The translations under genes were made by a program, and so were the position numbers. From a virus (lineage: Duplodnaviria; Caudoviricetes), in the IMG/VR virus record IMGVR_UViG_3300022407_001572, positions 1-33,753 of that record: 33,753 nt of DNA. One strand, given 5' to 3'. The notes under the pieces are model-generated. The model was not told the DNA's origin. It did no database searches and saw only the letters and a program-made list of their open reading frames with translations. This document shows positions 1-8,953 of the stretch, piece after piece (position 1 is the stretch's first letter; every line of letters begins with the position of its first letter).

Positions 1-918
1 TTAATTCTGCCTGCTCTCTTGTGATTGTTCCTTTTTCAAAGTCGGCAACATACTTTCTGAGGTTGCTAAATTCTTTGCGGCTTAACTTGGTAATGCCTGA
101 ATTAACAGCCGTTACCGCTGTGGCTGCCTGGATAGTATAGGTCTGTTCCTTTATCTTAAAATCTGATGCAATAGGCACATCCCAAAAAGAAAACAGATAC
201 TTTAAAACTCTACTAACCGCTGCCCTTTTGTTCCGTGTAATTGAGTTAAAATAAATGTAAGCCTGCTCCATGTTCTGCTGATTGAACATTCCTGTTTCAG
301 GCCGAACCCCTAGAAGTTCCTTAGGCATCGCGTAGTTTTCCATGATCGCAGCCATAGAAGAACTTTCTGTGTACTGCCATTGAGTATCTACGTTAGTAGG
401 TGAAAGAGTCTTAACCATCTTATCGATGTCAAACTCTCCATCTACTTCAATTCCTAAAATACCGTTGGCACCTGTAGAACCTTTCTTCTTTCTAAGTTCT
501 TCTATAAGATTATTACGCTCCCCGTTAGCATTAGTAGGAGGAACCGCGATAATTGTAGTAGCCATGAACCCGTTCTGTAAAGCAGATACTTTGTAAACAC
601 CGGCTTCATATTGGGTTTGGGCGTGTTCAAAAACTGGATCAAATGTTGACTTAGGATACTGACCTTCTTCAGGAGTCCAATAAAATATTTGGCCTTTGTA
701 GTTTTCAATACCATCGCAGTCGGCTATTTCCTGAGCTACTACTTCTGGATCAGGATTAAAAATATGATAAGACACTACCGTTCTAGTGGTTTGCTGTGCC
801 TTCATGTGATCTTGCTCCCAGTTAGTAGAGTATTTGATTTCATCTACTCTACCGCTTTCGTCTGCCAGCCCAAGCCGGCAATACTCAAAAGGAATGTGGT
901 TGATTGAAGCTATCCGAT
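1..918. repeat. Terminal direct repeat, copy A (imperfect; copy B at 32833-33750)
   Basis: Manual alignment at offset 32832: no indels, about 37 substitutions in 918 nt. Confidence 0.97.
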
Positions 919-1246
919 AATTAAGATTATACTGAACGTGAAAAGCACAAGCCTCATACTTAGAATAAGTCTTTGAAGCCTGATTGAGTAAATCCCTTAG
1001 CGTTCCACCGTATTCGCCTTTATCGTTTACTATCTGAATGTTTAAATTCTGATCCTCAAAACCATCACCGTTAATAAAGTCAGACAAAACCATCAACGCA
1101 CCCTTCAAAGTGTAGGACCTTGAAATAGTCTCCTCACATCTTTGCGGGTATAGGTTATCCCTGTCGTACCCTTGAACGTGATCGAAGTTATCGACTACTG
1201 TGGGTACTCTCTTTAAAAGCGGTTTCTGTTTTTCGTATAGGATCAT
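1..1246 (-). CDS. Portal protein, 5' part (runs off the left edge; continues to 32744 in the circular genome, ~444 aa total)
   Basis: Not in ORF track (no stop before the edge). ATG at 1246: MILYEKQKPLLKRVPTVVDNFDHVQGYDRDNLYPQRCEETISRSYTLKGALMVLSDFINGDGF...HIPFEYCRLG, in frame with the 32744-33637 ORF; DNLYPQ/S-T-L/FI-G-GF pattern typical of Bacteroidota phage portals. Confidence 0.85.
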   Translation of the reverse strand, partial: MILYEKQKPLLKRVPTVVDNFDHVQGYDRDNLYPQRCEETISRSYTLKGALMVLSDFINGDGFEDQNLNIQIVNDKGEYGGTLRDLLNQASKTYSKYEACAFHVQYNLNYRIASINHIPFEYCRLGLADESGRVDEIKYSTNWEQDHMKAQQTTRTVVSYHIFNPDPEVVAQEIADCDGIENYKGQIFYWTPEEGQYPKSTFDPVFEHAQTQYEAGVYKVSALQNGFMATTIIAVPPTNANGERNNLIEELRKKKGSTGANGILGIEVDGEFDIDKMVKTLSPTNVDTQWQYTESSSMAAIMENYAMPKELLGVRPETGMFNQQNMEQAYIYFNSITRNKRAAVSRVLKYLFSFWDVPIASDFKIKEQTYTIQAATAVTAVNSGITKLSRKEFSNLRKYVADFEKGTITREQAEL

Positions 1247-1410
1247 TTACCTTTCTTTTCTTCCTTCACTTCCTCAAAAATGAATAAGTCAGATAGATTA
1301 GGGTGAACCTCTACAATTCTTTTAGCAAGTTCCTCCGTAATGTTCCCTTCGTTGATTTGTCCGAATCCTTTGATGTTCAAAGAGATTCCTGATTGTTTAA
1401 ACTTTACCAT
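1243..1410 (-). CDS. Small hypothetical protein (55 aa)
   Basis: MVKFKQSGISLNIKGFGQINEGNITEELAKRIVEVHPNLSDLFIFEE...; fills the gap exactly, ATGA overlap with the portal start. Confidence 0.7.
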   Translation of the reverse strand: MVKFKQSGISLNIKGFGQINEGNITEELAKRIVEVHPNLSDLFIFEEVKEEKKGK

Positions 1411-1411
1411 A

Positions 1412-1888
1412 CTATGCTTCAAATAAAATGTCGTAACTAAGTGTAACCGCTGTGGCTGGGGCCGCTAAGAATAAAGCGGATATGTTCTCGTTTGTTCCAA
1501 ACAAACTAATGTCTACATCAAAAGAAACGATATTGGGAATACCCGCTGCCGCTGCTGTTGTTGCTTGACCTAATACTCTAACTTCGCTAATCGCTCCAAG
1601 TAATGTGCCTGGCGTTGGTGCTACTGTGTATTGTGCTACCGTTGAACCTGGTAGTGTTGCGTCTGATGAACTTAAAGCTACCAAAGTCGGGGCCGTAGAA
1701 GTTCCACCGCTATGCGCAGTGCTATACTTTGCCAATCCTAAACGTAGGTAAGCTACCGCTGTCAGCGTAAGCCCTGAGATTATAATTTTCTTTACCTTGA
1801 CATTTCTGCCGGCTGCCCCGTTGATGGTAAGAAATGGAGCTGTGCCTGCCGCTGCCACTACGTTACCCGATGCTTTGAATACTGCCAT
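1412..1888 (-). CDS. Putative virion structural/decoration protein (158 aa, Ala/Thr/Gly-rich, beta-rich)
   Basis: ORF track; composition and position in the structural module; function not recognised. Confidence 0.55.
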   Translation of the reverse strand: MAVFKASGNVVAAAGTAPFLTINGAAGRNVKVKKIIISGLTLTAVAYLRLGLAKYSTAHSGGTSTAPTLVALSSSDATLPGSTVAQYTVAPTPGTLLGAISEVRVLGQATTAAAAGIPNIVSFDVDISLFGTNENISALFLAAPATAVTLSYDILFEA

Positions 1889-1902
1889 AATTTTTTACTT
1901 TT

Positions 1903-1936
1903 AAAAATAAAGGGCGTAACCTCCCAATCACGCCCT
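1903..1936 (-). terminator. Rho-independent terminator after the major tail protein gene
   Basis: Minus-strand hairpin AGGGCGTGA...TTACGCCCT followed by TTATTTTT. Confidence 0.7.
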
Positions 1937-1963
1937 CCCTTCCTACTTCACCAAAACCAAATA

Positions 1964-2827
1964 TTAAGTAACTATCAAATTCAAAACGCTATCAACGCTT
2001 CCCTTAGTAGTTTTAAGTCTTAACGTGTAGATACCAGCCGCTAATGCTGCCGCTCCTATCGTTACCGTTGCCCCTGTATCTGTTACTGACGAAATCGCAA
2101 AGCTAGTAGTCGCGCTAGGGAATATTGCACCCGTAGATTTGTTAATAGCTTGTATCGAAGTAACCGCGCTATTAGTACCACCACCAAAGTAGTTAGTTCC
2201 GGTAAACACCGGAGCGCCACCCGAAGCACCTACAAAAGTAGATACTGAGAATGATGTAATAGTAGGCAGTTTCAAGTAACCGGCAATAGCCGTCAATGAT
2301 CCAGCGTAGTCAGTAGCTAAGAAAGTAGCTGGCAACTTTGTCTCAAATTCATTCTCCGGACTAGCCAAAGTAATCGAGAACGCTCCACCGTTTTCCTGTG
2401 GTGCGCGAAGTGCCGCTGTCATTTCTAATCCTACATCTGTTCCTAACACTTCAAAAGCATTTGAATCAGCCTTAGCATTTGAGAACAGCGCCACATAGCG
2501 ACCGTTACCCATTGCCTGGATGTTATTCTTATGATTTTGAGCGTAGTCAAAATAAAAGAAGTCTACCTGATGTCTGTAAACAGATTGACCAGAAGGACTT
2601 ACTACCATCTCATAGCGAGGCTTCAAAGATTGTTTGATGCCATCGATTGAGTACGCTGTCTTTCCAGCCGCCAATGTAAAAGCAGTGACGCGACCTGTCG
2701 TGTCCACTGTAGTAGCTGTAATATCCTTTTTCAAGATAAGAATCAAGCGACTATCGTCACCAACTCCACCCTGAATAATGTTACTACAGTCTAATACGCT
2801 GCTAATTAATAAATCACCGCAAGACAT
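1964..2827 (-). CDS. Major tail (tube) protein with C-terminal Ig-like (IPT/TIG-type) extension
   Basis: N-terminal MSC...DC...GG motif typical of Bacteroidota phage tube proteins; C-terminus PTITSFS...GTNF-like...GIYTLRLKT resembles IPT/TIG. Confidence 0.7.
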   Translation of the reverse strand: MSCGDLLISSVLDCSNIIQGGVGDDSRLILILKKDITATTVDTTGRVTAFTLAAGKTAYSIDGIKQSLKPRYEMVVSPSGQSVYRHQVDFFYFDYAQNHKNNIQAMGNGRYVALFSNAKADSNAFEVLGTDVGLEMTAALRAPQENGGAFSITLASPENEFETKLPATFLATDYAGSLTAIAGYLKLPTITSFSVSTFVGASGGAPVFTGTNYFGGGTNSAVTSIQAINKSTGAIFPSATTSFAISSVTDTGATVTIGAAALAAGIYTLRLKTTKGSVDSVLNLIVT

Positions 2828-3027
2828 TATTTTCTAACTGTTATAATTGTTTTATCATCTAACGATGCTGAATGATTAACTGCCAGGTTCTCACCAAAAG
2901 CATTACCATAAAAAACAGCCCCGTCAGAGGTTACGAATACGTGATCGAAACCAAGACTAGGGAAGTCTACTAAAAATTGTAGACCCCTATCTTGTAGTAA
3001 GTTTGCGTTTGACTTATCCTTCGCCAT
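2827..3027 (-). CDS. Small hypothetical protein downstream of MCP (66 aa)
   Basis: ORF track 2827-3048; start moved to the ATG at 3027 just after the MCP stop; FVTSDGAVF motif. Confidence 0.7.
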   Translation of the reverse strand: MAKDKSNANLLQDRGLQFLVDFPSLGFDHVFVTSDGAVFYGNAFGENLAVNHSASLDDKTIITVRK

Positions 3028-3028
3028 A

Positions 3029-3937
3029 TTATGCGCGGTTAGAAACAAGTGCTAATTGCAAGAAGTTTGTGCTTCTTTGTGGAACGCCTTTAAATCTCAT
3101 TTGGAAACCAACCTCGTCAGCGCGCTGCTCAGGGTTGATGCCTTTCTCCTTGTAGAACATATCCATGCTACCCATAGCCTTCATTACTTCAGACTGGATG
3201 AACACAACAGATGAAATACAATCGTTAGTGTTATCAGCAGCAGCGCCATAAGCAGCCTTAGCCAATGTAGACTTAACGTAGATCGGAGTCTGTGAACTTA
3301 CATAGATTTTGAAACCGTAAAGATCAAGAGCCTGTCCAGTTTTCAAATCTGCAAACTGCTTCTGCAAAGAAACATCTTGAGCTAACAAGTCCTCTCTGTG
3401 GTAAGGAGAAAGAACAAGTATGCGACCATCTTCTGTGAAGTTACGTTGATCTAATTCCTGTTGAGCGCGAGCAATGTCCTTGATCTGCAAAGTAGCAGCT
3501 ACAGTAGTTTGCGCACCAATAACAGCGGCACGGTTAGCACCAGTTACAGCGAAAGCACCAGCCGCAGCAGTTGCAGGGGAATAGTTCCACAAGCACTCAG
3601 AAGAAATACGTGACATCAAAGCTTTCTTGTGCTGATCTGTTACGCTCTTTAGTTTGTCAATAGATGCTTCGATTTCTTCTACGTTGTAAATACGAGTAGT
3701 AGTTGAATCGTAAGTATCTAACACCACGGTAGCATTCGTGTCGGTACGTTGTGCCGCTACGATTGGCCATGATGCGTTATTCTTTAAAATGGTTGGATCA
3801 GAACCCGCTAATGTGAAATTGATTGTATTAGAATCAACCCACTGAGACCAATCGTCAACACCCTTAAGCCACTCATACTTCGCATAGAAGTTATCTTTTA
3901 GCTTATCAATCCAAATTTCTTTATTTACGCCTGCCAT
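3029..3937 (-). CDS. Major capsid protein (HK97 fold)
   Basis: 302 aa; MAGVNKEIW..., GRILVLSP, LYGFKIYVS motifs; directly downstream of the protease/scaffold gene. Confidence 0.85.
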   Translation of the reverse strand: MAGVNKEIWIDKLKDNFYAKYEWLKGVDDWSQWVDSNTINFTLAGSDPTILKNNASWPIVAAQRTDTNATVVLDTYDSTTTRIYNVEEIEASIDKLKSVTDQHKKALMSRISSECLWNYSPATAAAGAFAVTGANRAAVIGAQTTVAATLQIKDIARAQQELDQRNFTEDGRILVLSPYHREDLLAQDVSLQKQFADLKTGQALDLYGFKIYVSSQTPIYVKSTLAKAAYGAAADNTNDCISSVVFIQSEVMKAMGSMDMFYKEKGINPEQRADEVGFQMRFKGVPQRSTNFLQLALVSNRA

Positions 3938-3955
3938 TTTTTTAAAATTTAATTA

Positions 3956-5056
3956 TTACACATTTGCTTCTACACCGTACTTCGCTAGGTATAGGTTCTT
4001 AAAGTCCTCAATTCTTCCCTCAGCCCTTGCCTTTTGAATATCTTCTACTTTAATGTCTTTCTGGCCTACAAACTTTTCTACCTTCTTTAAAGTAGGTTTG
4101 TGGGTTCCAACGATTTGAGATTTCAACGCAGTGATTTCTGCCTGCATCTTCTCTTCATATTTCTTTTCTTGACCTCCCTGAGCTTCGATAAGCATTTGAA
4201 CAGCTTTCGCTAGGGTTGACAATTCACTCTTAATAGAGTCCATTTCAGAAGGTGTTTTATCTTCTTCAACTGGTGCAGCCTCTTTAACCTCTACCACTTT
4301 ACCAGCGGCAACGACTAAGATTTTACCACCTTCTAAAGCGTGTTCACCGTCCGGTGCTGGTTGACCTTCTACCGTTACGCTAGCACCTTCAACGGGTGCG
4401 CCTGGTTCGGCTTCGATCACAACGACCTTACCGTCTGCCAGCTTCATTTCTTGCATGGCCTTAACTCCTAATAGAGCCTTAGCACTTTTTAAAATATCGT
4501 TTACGTTCATTTTTACTTTAGCTAAAATTTGAAATTCTTCACTTACCGATGTGGCAAAACCTAACGAAACCGCTTGTTTTGCGCTCATGGAAGTCTCAAC
4601 ATCCATTAAAGGCTTCAATACGTCCTCCTCAGTGCCTGTTTTTTCTGAATAAAACTTTCTTAGATCGCTTTCAACTTCTGAAACACGTTGCGCGAATGAT
4701 GCCAGTTTGTTAGCATCGGATAGACCTGGATCGACTGCGGGGTTATGGATAAAGAACTCTGAGTAACTTCTCATTTCCCTTTCATCCCCAACTAAAAAAA
4801 TCTTGGTTGCGATTGACCCTACGAGCTTGTCGGCAACCGTTTTGATCTTGTACCCTTTGGCTTTTAAACCTTCGAGATAAGAATATATAGCGTTACCAAC
4901 CTCAACGAATCCGCCAGGACTGTTAATGATAACGCTAATGTCTTTGGAATCACCTGATTGGACCTGAGAGATAACGTCAATAAGCTCTACCCCACGGGTA
5001 TAGCCTCCGTTTTCGTCTACGCCTGAACCTATCTGTCCGGTGATGAAAATATCCAC
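3956..5056 (-). CDS. ClpP-like prohead protease fused to a scaffold domain
   Basis: INSPGG, GSIAT (catalytic Ser), FIHNP (His), ETSMSAKQAVSLGFAT; C-terminal PAPDGEH domain plus coiled coil; GTG start. Confidence 0.9.
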   Translation of the reverse strand: MDIFITGQIGSGVDENGGYTRGVELIDVISQVQSGDSKDISVIINSPGGFVEVGNAIYSYLEGLKAKGYKIKTVADKLVGSIATKIFLVGDEREMRSYSEFFIHNPAVDPGLSDANKLASFAQRVSEVESDLRKFYSEKTGTEEDVLKPLMDVETSMSAKQAVSLGFATSVSEEFQILAKVKMNVNDILKSAKALLGVKAMQEMKLADGKVVVIEAEPGAPVEGASVTVEGQPAPDGEHALEGGKILVVAAGKVVEVKEAAPVEEDKTPSEMDSIKSELSTLAKAVQMLIEAQGGQEKKYEEKMQAEITALKSQIVGTHKPTLKKVEKFVGQKDIKVEDIQKARAEGRIEDFKNLYLAKYGVEANV

Positions 5057-5060
5057 GGAA

Positions 5061-5084
5061 CAAAAGTACTTAGCTATAACTAAG
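5061..5084 (-). promoter_or_regulatory. Putative head-operon promoter (-7 box TACTTTTG) with adjacent palindrome CTTAG-N6-CTAAG
   Basis: Exact match to Bacteroidota TAnnTTTG 4 nt before the GTG start; inverted repeat at 5069-5084. Confidence 0.55.
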
Positions 5085-5097
5085 ACTTTAGGTCATA

Positions 5098-5310
5098 TTA
5101 TTTTATCCTAACCTTCGCCTGTCTTAGTGCAACCTTAACCTTACCCTCACTTGCGCACATCTTATCGGCTGTTAGATAAAGAGCCTCCTCATAACCGTAC
5201 TGCTTTCGGAGTTCCTGAAACGCTCCGTAAATATCGCAGTAGTAAAAAATAGCTTTTCTTGTAACGAATGGGTGAAGTTCACCCGCAATATAAGCTTCGT
5301 ATACCGTCAT
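5098..5310 (-). CDS. Small protein, possible HTH transcriptional regulator (70 aa)
   Basis: C-terminal YEEALYLTADKMCASEGKVKVAL has helix-turn-helix-like spacing; ATGA overlap with the TMP stop. Confidence 0.5.
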   Translation of the reverse strand: MTVYEAYIAGELHPFVTRKAIFYYCDIYGAFQELRKQYGYEEALYLTADKMCASEGKVKVALRQAKVRIK

Positions 5311-7079
5311 ATTACCTGAGCTGTGGTTTGGATTTGAACTTTAGTTTCTTGCTTAATTTCAAAGTCATCGAGAGGTAGAACGATCTTCATCTGTCCGAAC
5401 GCTTGGCGTATCTCCCCGAAAAGTCTATTTGTATTTACTTGTGATGCCGCTGCCTGAGTTTCAAAACCTCCTGTAACACCACCAACGGCAAAGCCTGGAA
5501 CGCCTATTCGGGCAAAGGTAGAAGCCCCGCCTAACCTAGCCTGCTGTGATTGGTTTAGGATTACTTCCCCTGTTTTAACCGTGGCTAACATATTATCACC
5601 GTTGGATCTGTTAATTGGTGAACCCATGCCAGGACCTATACGGGTTCCGGTTAATCCACCGCTGGCAAAGGCAGGTGTTGAATTGATTTTAGCAACGTTG
5701 GCAAGACCTGACGCAATAGCAAGTGCCGCGAAGATGGGGCCAAAGATAGGGCCAGCTCCAGTTGGAGGAGGAGCTAATGCTGCGGCAGCCGCTTGGTATG
5801 TGTTTATAACTGCCCCTGCCGAAGCTATCGCCTTTTGTTCCATCGATCCCCTTTTAAATAGGGCTGATGTTGCATTTATAGCTGCTCCAGTGTTTGCGAC
5901 ATCTTGGTTTAATTGTGCCTTATTAAACTTAGTTTTATCGGACATTCTTTGCGCGTCAAGTTTAGCAGCTTCATCTTTAGCGGCTTCTTCTTCCCCGATG
6001 TCTACTATTATTTCAGCGGTGTAATCTTCACTTGCTTTTTTCCTTTCTTCTAATCTTTTAAGGTCGTTGGCAAATTCCTGATCCGAAACCTGTTGTACTT
6101 TTTCGGCTACTAATTCAATCTGCTTTATCTTTTCCCCTGCCTCTTCTTTGGCAAGTAGAATGTTAATCCGTGTTTGTCTTTCAGCCGATGCCGTTTTTGC
6201 TTCTTCCTGTTCTACAAATACCCGCGTCTCTAATCGCTTTAATTGTGCTAATTCTTCCCCGCTTAAAGTCTTGCCCTTTAGCCTTAATTGTTCGTTGGCT
6301 AATTCCTGACTGGCTAACTCTTCCCTTTTTTTAGCGTTCTGAATTTCTAAGTCTGCAACTTGGTTAGCTATTTTAATACGCTCTTGTTCAGACTTGGTTT
6401 TATCCTTTAAAGACTTTTCTAAAGACTTAACCCTAACCTCGTTAATCTCTATTTGTTGACTGGCTATCGCTGTGGCTTCTGCGAACGCGTCAATACTTTC
6501 AGCAGCTTCATAGCCTGCCTTCGCTGCGTCCGTGGTTCCTTTGGTTAGGTCCGAAAAGAATTGAATAGGACTAAATATTGCCTCCTTTAATTTACTAAAG
6601 CTGGAAACAGTCTCTACAACCGTGTCAATAACAAATCCTAACCCCTTCGTGATACCTGAAAAGATAAAGGAAAGCTTATCAGCGACTACAGCGTTCTGTT
6701 CAAAGATACCTTTCAAAGCAAGAAAGGCCGTAATCGCTAGACCTATCGGGTTTGCTTTAAAAGCTGCACTTATTCCATTGATGCCTCCGGTAAAACCCTT
6801 TAACCCAGGGATCGCGTCAAGTATTCCACGGGTATAGTTACCTACGTTTTGACGCTGTTGTTCAAGCGCGGAGCTATTCTCCTTAATCTTTTTGTTGTTT
6901 ACATCGATCTGAGCGTTTAGTTCTACAGCCCTTTTTCTTCCCTCTTCCGTGGCAAGGTTTAAAGCGTTACGCTCTTGGGTTAATGCCCTCGTACTTTTAC
7001 GGATCGAATCTATTGATTCTACCGCTCCATCATCAACTACCTCTATCTCAAATATGATTTTTTCCTTATCCGTTGCCAT
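5307..7079 (-). CDS. Tail tape measure protein (590 aa)
   Basis: Long Ala/Glu/Lys-rich coiled coils, ANPIGLAI segment, hydrophobic Gly/Ala stretch, FASGG...GEVILNQSQQ C-terminal motif. Confidence 0.85.
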   Translation of the reverse strand: MATDKEKIIFEIEVVDDGAVESIDSIRKSTRALTQERNALNLATEEGRKRAVELNAQIDVNNKKIKENSSALEQQRQNVGNYTRGILDAIPGLKGFTGGINGISAAFKANPIGLAITAFLALKGIFEQNAVVADKLSFIFSGITKGLGFVIDTVVETVSSFSKLKEAIFSPIQFFSDLTKGTTDAAKAGYEAAESIDAFAEATAIASQQIEINEVRVKSLEKSLKDKTKSEQERIKIANQVADLEIQNAKKREELASQELANEQLRLKGKTLSGEELAQLKRLETRVFVEQEEAKTASAERQTRINILLAKEEAGEKIKQIELVAEKVQQVSDQEFANDLKRLEERKKASEDYTAEIIVDIGEEEAAKDEAAKLDAQRMSDKTKFNKAQLNQDVANTGAAINATSALFKRGSMEQKAIASAGAVINTYQAAAAALAPPPTGAGPIFGPIFAALAIASGLANVAKINSTPAFASGGLTGTRIGPGMGSPINRSNGDNMLATVKTGEVILNQSQQARLGGASTFARIGVPGFAVGGVTGGFETQAAASQVNTNRLFGEIRQAFGQMKIVLPLDDFEIKQETKVQIQTTAQVI

Positions 7080-7081
7080 AC

Positions 7082-8953
7082 CTACACTCTAAAAAGTTCC
7101 ACCCTCGTTAATTGACCTGGTACAAAGTTTTCTATCTTGTTAACTAAGTAATATTCACCGTTATCGTAAATCATTTTAAACGGATCGTACTCAAAAATAT
7201 CCTTTTCGGTTAAGTTGTAAAACCGCTTTACTATCTTGTTGTTTTGGAGGGAGTTTTCTAGGATTGAATAGTAGTTATCTATAAAGTATTGAAAGCTGGT
7301 TGACCTTGTAATGGTGCTATCCTCAAAGTATGCCACCTTGTAAGATGTTACTACGCCTGAATAGGTTACTGATGGTTCTTCTGCTAACTTATCGCGTACC
7401 GTTAAAAGTGTAAACGGTACGGCATTTCTAATGTCATAGAAGTCAGCAGAATCGCTTTCATAAAGATTTAACTTTGCACAATTAACCCCAAAGTCATTAA
7501 GTGTGTCGGCTGTTTTAAACACGCTTGTAAACTTTACTAACTCATCCTTTGGAGATTCAGCTAATTGCAAACTACCCCTGCCTCTATTTGTTGTTTCGGT
7601 ATTGTCAGAGTATTGATAGTAATTATTTAACGCGAAACCGTTTGTAAAGTCAGTTGATACATCCGATGAACGTTTAGTGGTCCAATCAATAGAAGTACCG
7701 GTATCTGCGAGAATATCATTTAGTTTCTTAATCCTTAGATACCCAGTTTCGTCTACCTTAAAAATAACCCCAAACCTTACCAACCAATCCTTCATAAAAT
7801 CTAATGGGGATATTGTGTTGGTAATAAGATAATCAAAAAACAATCTTTCTTTGTAAACTCTTGTAGTCGTTTTGGCGTACATAGTTGCCGAGCTTAAAAA
7901 TAAACTCATTGGTGCAAATCCCTGATCGTCAAACGTTAAATAAATCAAATCTCCATCTATTACCTCTATGGTTGCAGATAGTGTCTTGCCTATTATTGTA
8001 TCTGTGGTAAGTGGAGCCACTGAATAGTTAACCGTGAAAGGATAGGTAAAAACCCCGCCTCTATTTCTTGTTAGTCTTACTCTTGATTGTAAAACTAATA
8101 CTGCATCTGTGTTGGTGATCGATCCATTAATAGTGTAGCTGACATTTAATTCAATCGCTGTATTCGATGGGCAAGCTATTCTACCGTTTGCCTGATCGTA
8201 AATGTCTACTGATCCCTCGCTTGTTACGCTTGTGATAAAAGTAATATCCCCGCTTGCCGCTAGACTTTGAGTTCCAGATGATACGGCTGTCATGTCAAAT
8301 ACTTCTGAAATCTCAGACGTGTATTCTAGCTTATCCGAAACGTTGGCGAGTGCTAATTGAGCCACATCACTATTTAATGCGTTACTCCCTGAAATGTCAG
8401 TAGGGGAAACACCTATTGCGGTGCATATTGATTTAATGTAATTGGAGTAATAAAACAAAGGCCAATAAAACAACGTATCAAAACCATTGCCCCAATTTAG
8501 ATAAGGAGCAACTATGCCCGTAGTGTTATTCCTTACACTCTCTATTGTAACCGAGTTCCAAACAGAATCACCAAAGCTATAACCGTTATTGTTTACTATG
8601 TAATTAAGCGTTTGGGTTTTTAATAATGAAAACGAATCTACATCTGAATCGTAAATCTGAATCCTTAAACCTTTTTCTACTCTTGTACAAAACAGTTTAC
8701 CGTAGCTTATAACCTCGTACCCGTTCTGTACTACCCTACATTCCAAAGTTGAATAAACCTTTGTGCTTAATGATTTGTCAGATTGAAGTTCAAAGATAGA
8801 TAGATTGTTTGCCGTTGGTGGTGCAACTATTTCGTTAGTGCTTGACACATACCGACTGGACGGATTGAACACATCGAACCGCTGAACGGTGATGGCCACA
8901 ATCGTTCCAGGCGACAAATCTAAAATACTATCTCCAACGTAGATTAATGTCAT
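7082..8953 (-). CDS. Tail tip/hub-like protein (623 aa)
   Basis: Size, beta-rich composition, N-term LDL...and C-term YYLVNKIENF...TRVEL pattern of siphovirus tail proteins; adjacent to TMP. Confidence 0.65.
   Translation of the reverse strand: MTLIYVGDSILDLSPGTIVAITVQRFDVFNPSSRYVSSTNEIVAPPTANNLSIFELQSDKSLSTKVYSTLECRVVQNGYEVISYGKLFCTRVEKGLRIQIYDSDVDSFSLLKTQTLNYIVNNNGYSFGDSVWNSVTIESVRNNTTGIVAPYLNWGNGFDTLFYWPLFYYSNYIKSICTAIGVSPTDISGSNALNSDVAQLALANVSDKLEYTSEISEVFDMTAVSSGTQSLAASGDITFITSVTSEGSVDIYDQANGRIACPSNTAIELNVSYTINGSITNTDAVLVLQSRVRLTRNRGGVFTYPFTVNYSVAPLTTDTIIGKTLSATIEVIDGDLIYLTFDDQGFAPMSLFLSSATMYAKTTTRVYKERLFFDYLITNTISPLDFMKDWLVRFGVIFKVDETGYLRIKKLNDILADTGTSIDWTTKRSSDVSTDFTNGFALNNYYQYSDNTETTNRGRGSLQLAESPKDELVKFTSVFKTADTLNDFGVNCAKLNLYESDSADFYDIRNAVPFTLLTVRDKLAEEPSVTYSGVVTSYKVAYFEDSTITRSTSFQYFIDNYYSILENSLQNNKIVKRFYNLTEKDIFEYDPFKMIYDNGEYYLVNKIENFVPGQLTRVELFRV

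Noticed and set aside
502-714. 70-aa minus-strand ORF and its twin at 33334-33546
   Set aside because: Out-of-frame shadows of the portal gene; allele differences are synonymous in the portal frame and non-synonymous in these
689-907. 72-aa plus-strand ORF
   Set aside because: Antisense to the portal, no recognisable motif
5581-6837. Plus-strand ORFs of 147 and 71 aa
   Set aside because: Antisense shadows of the Ala/Gly-rich tape measure gene
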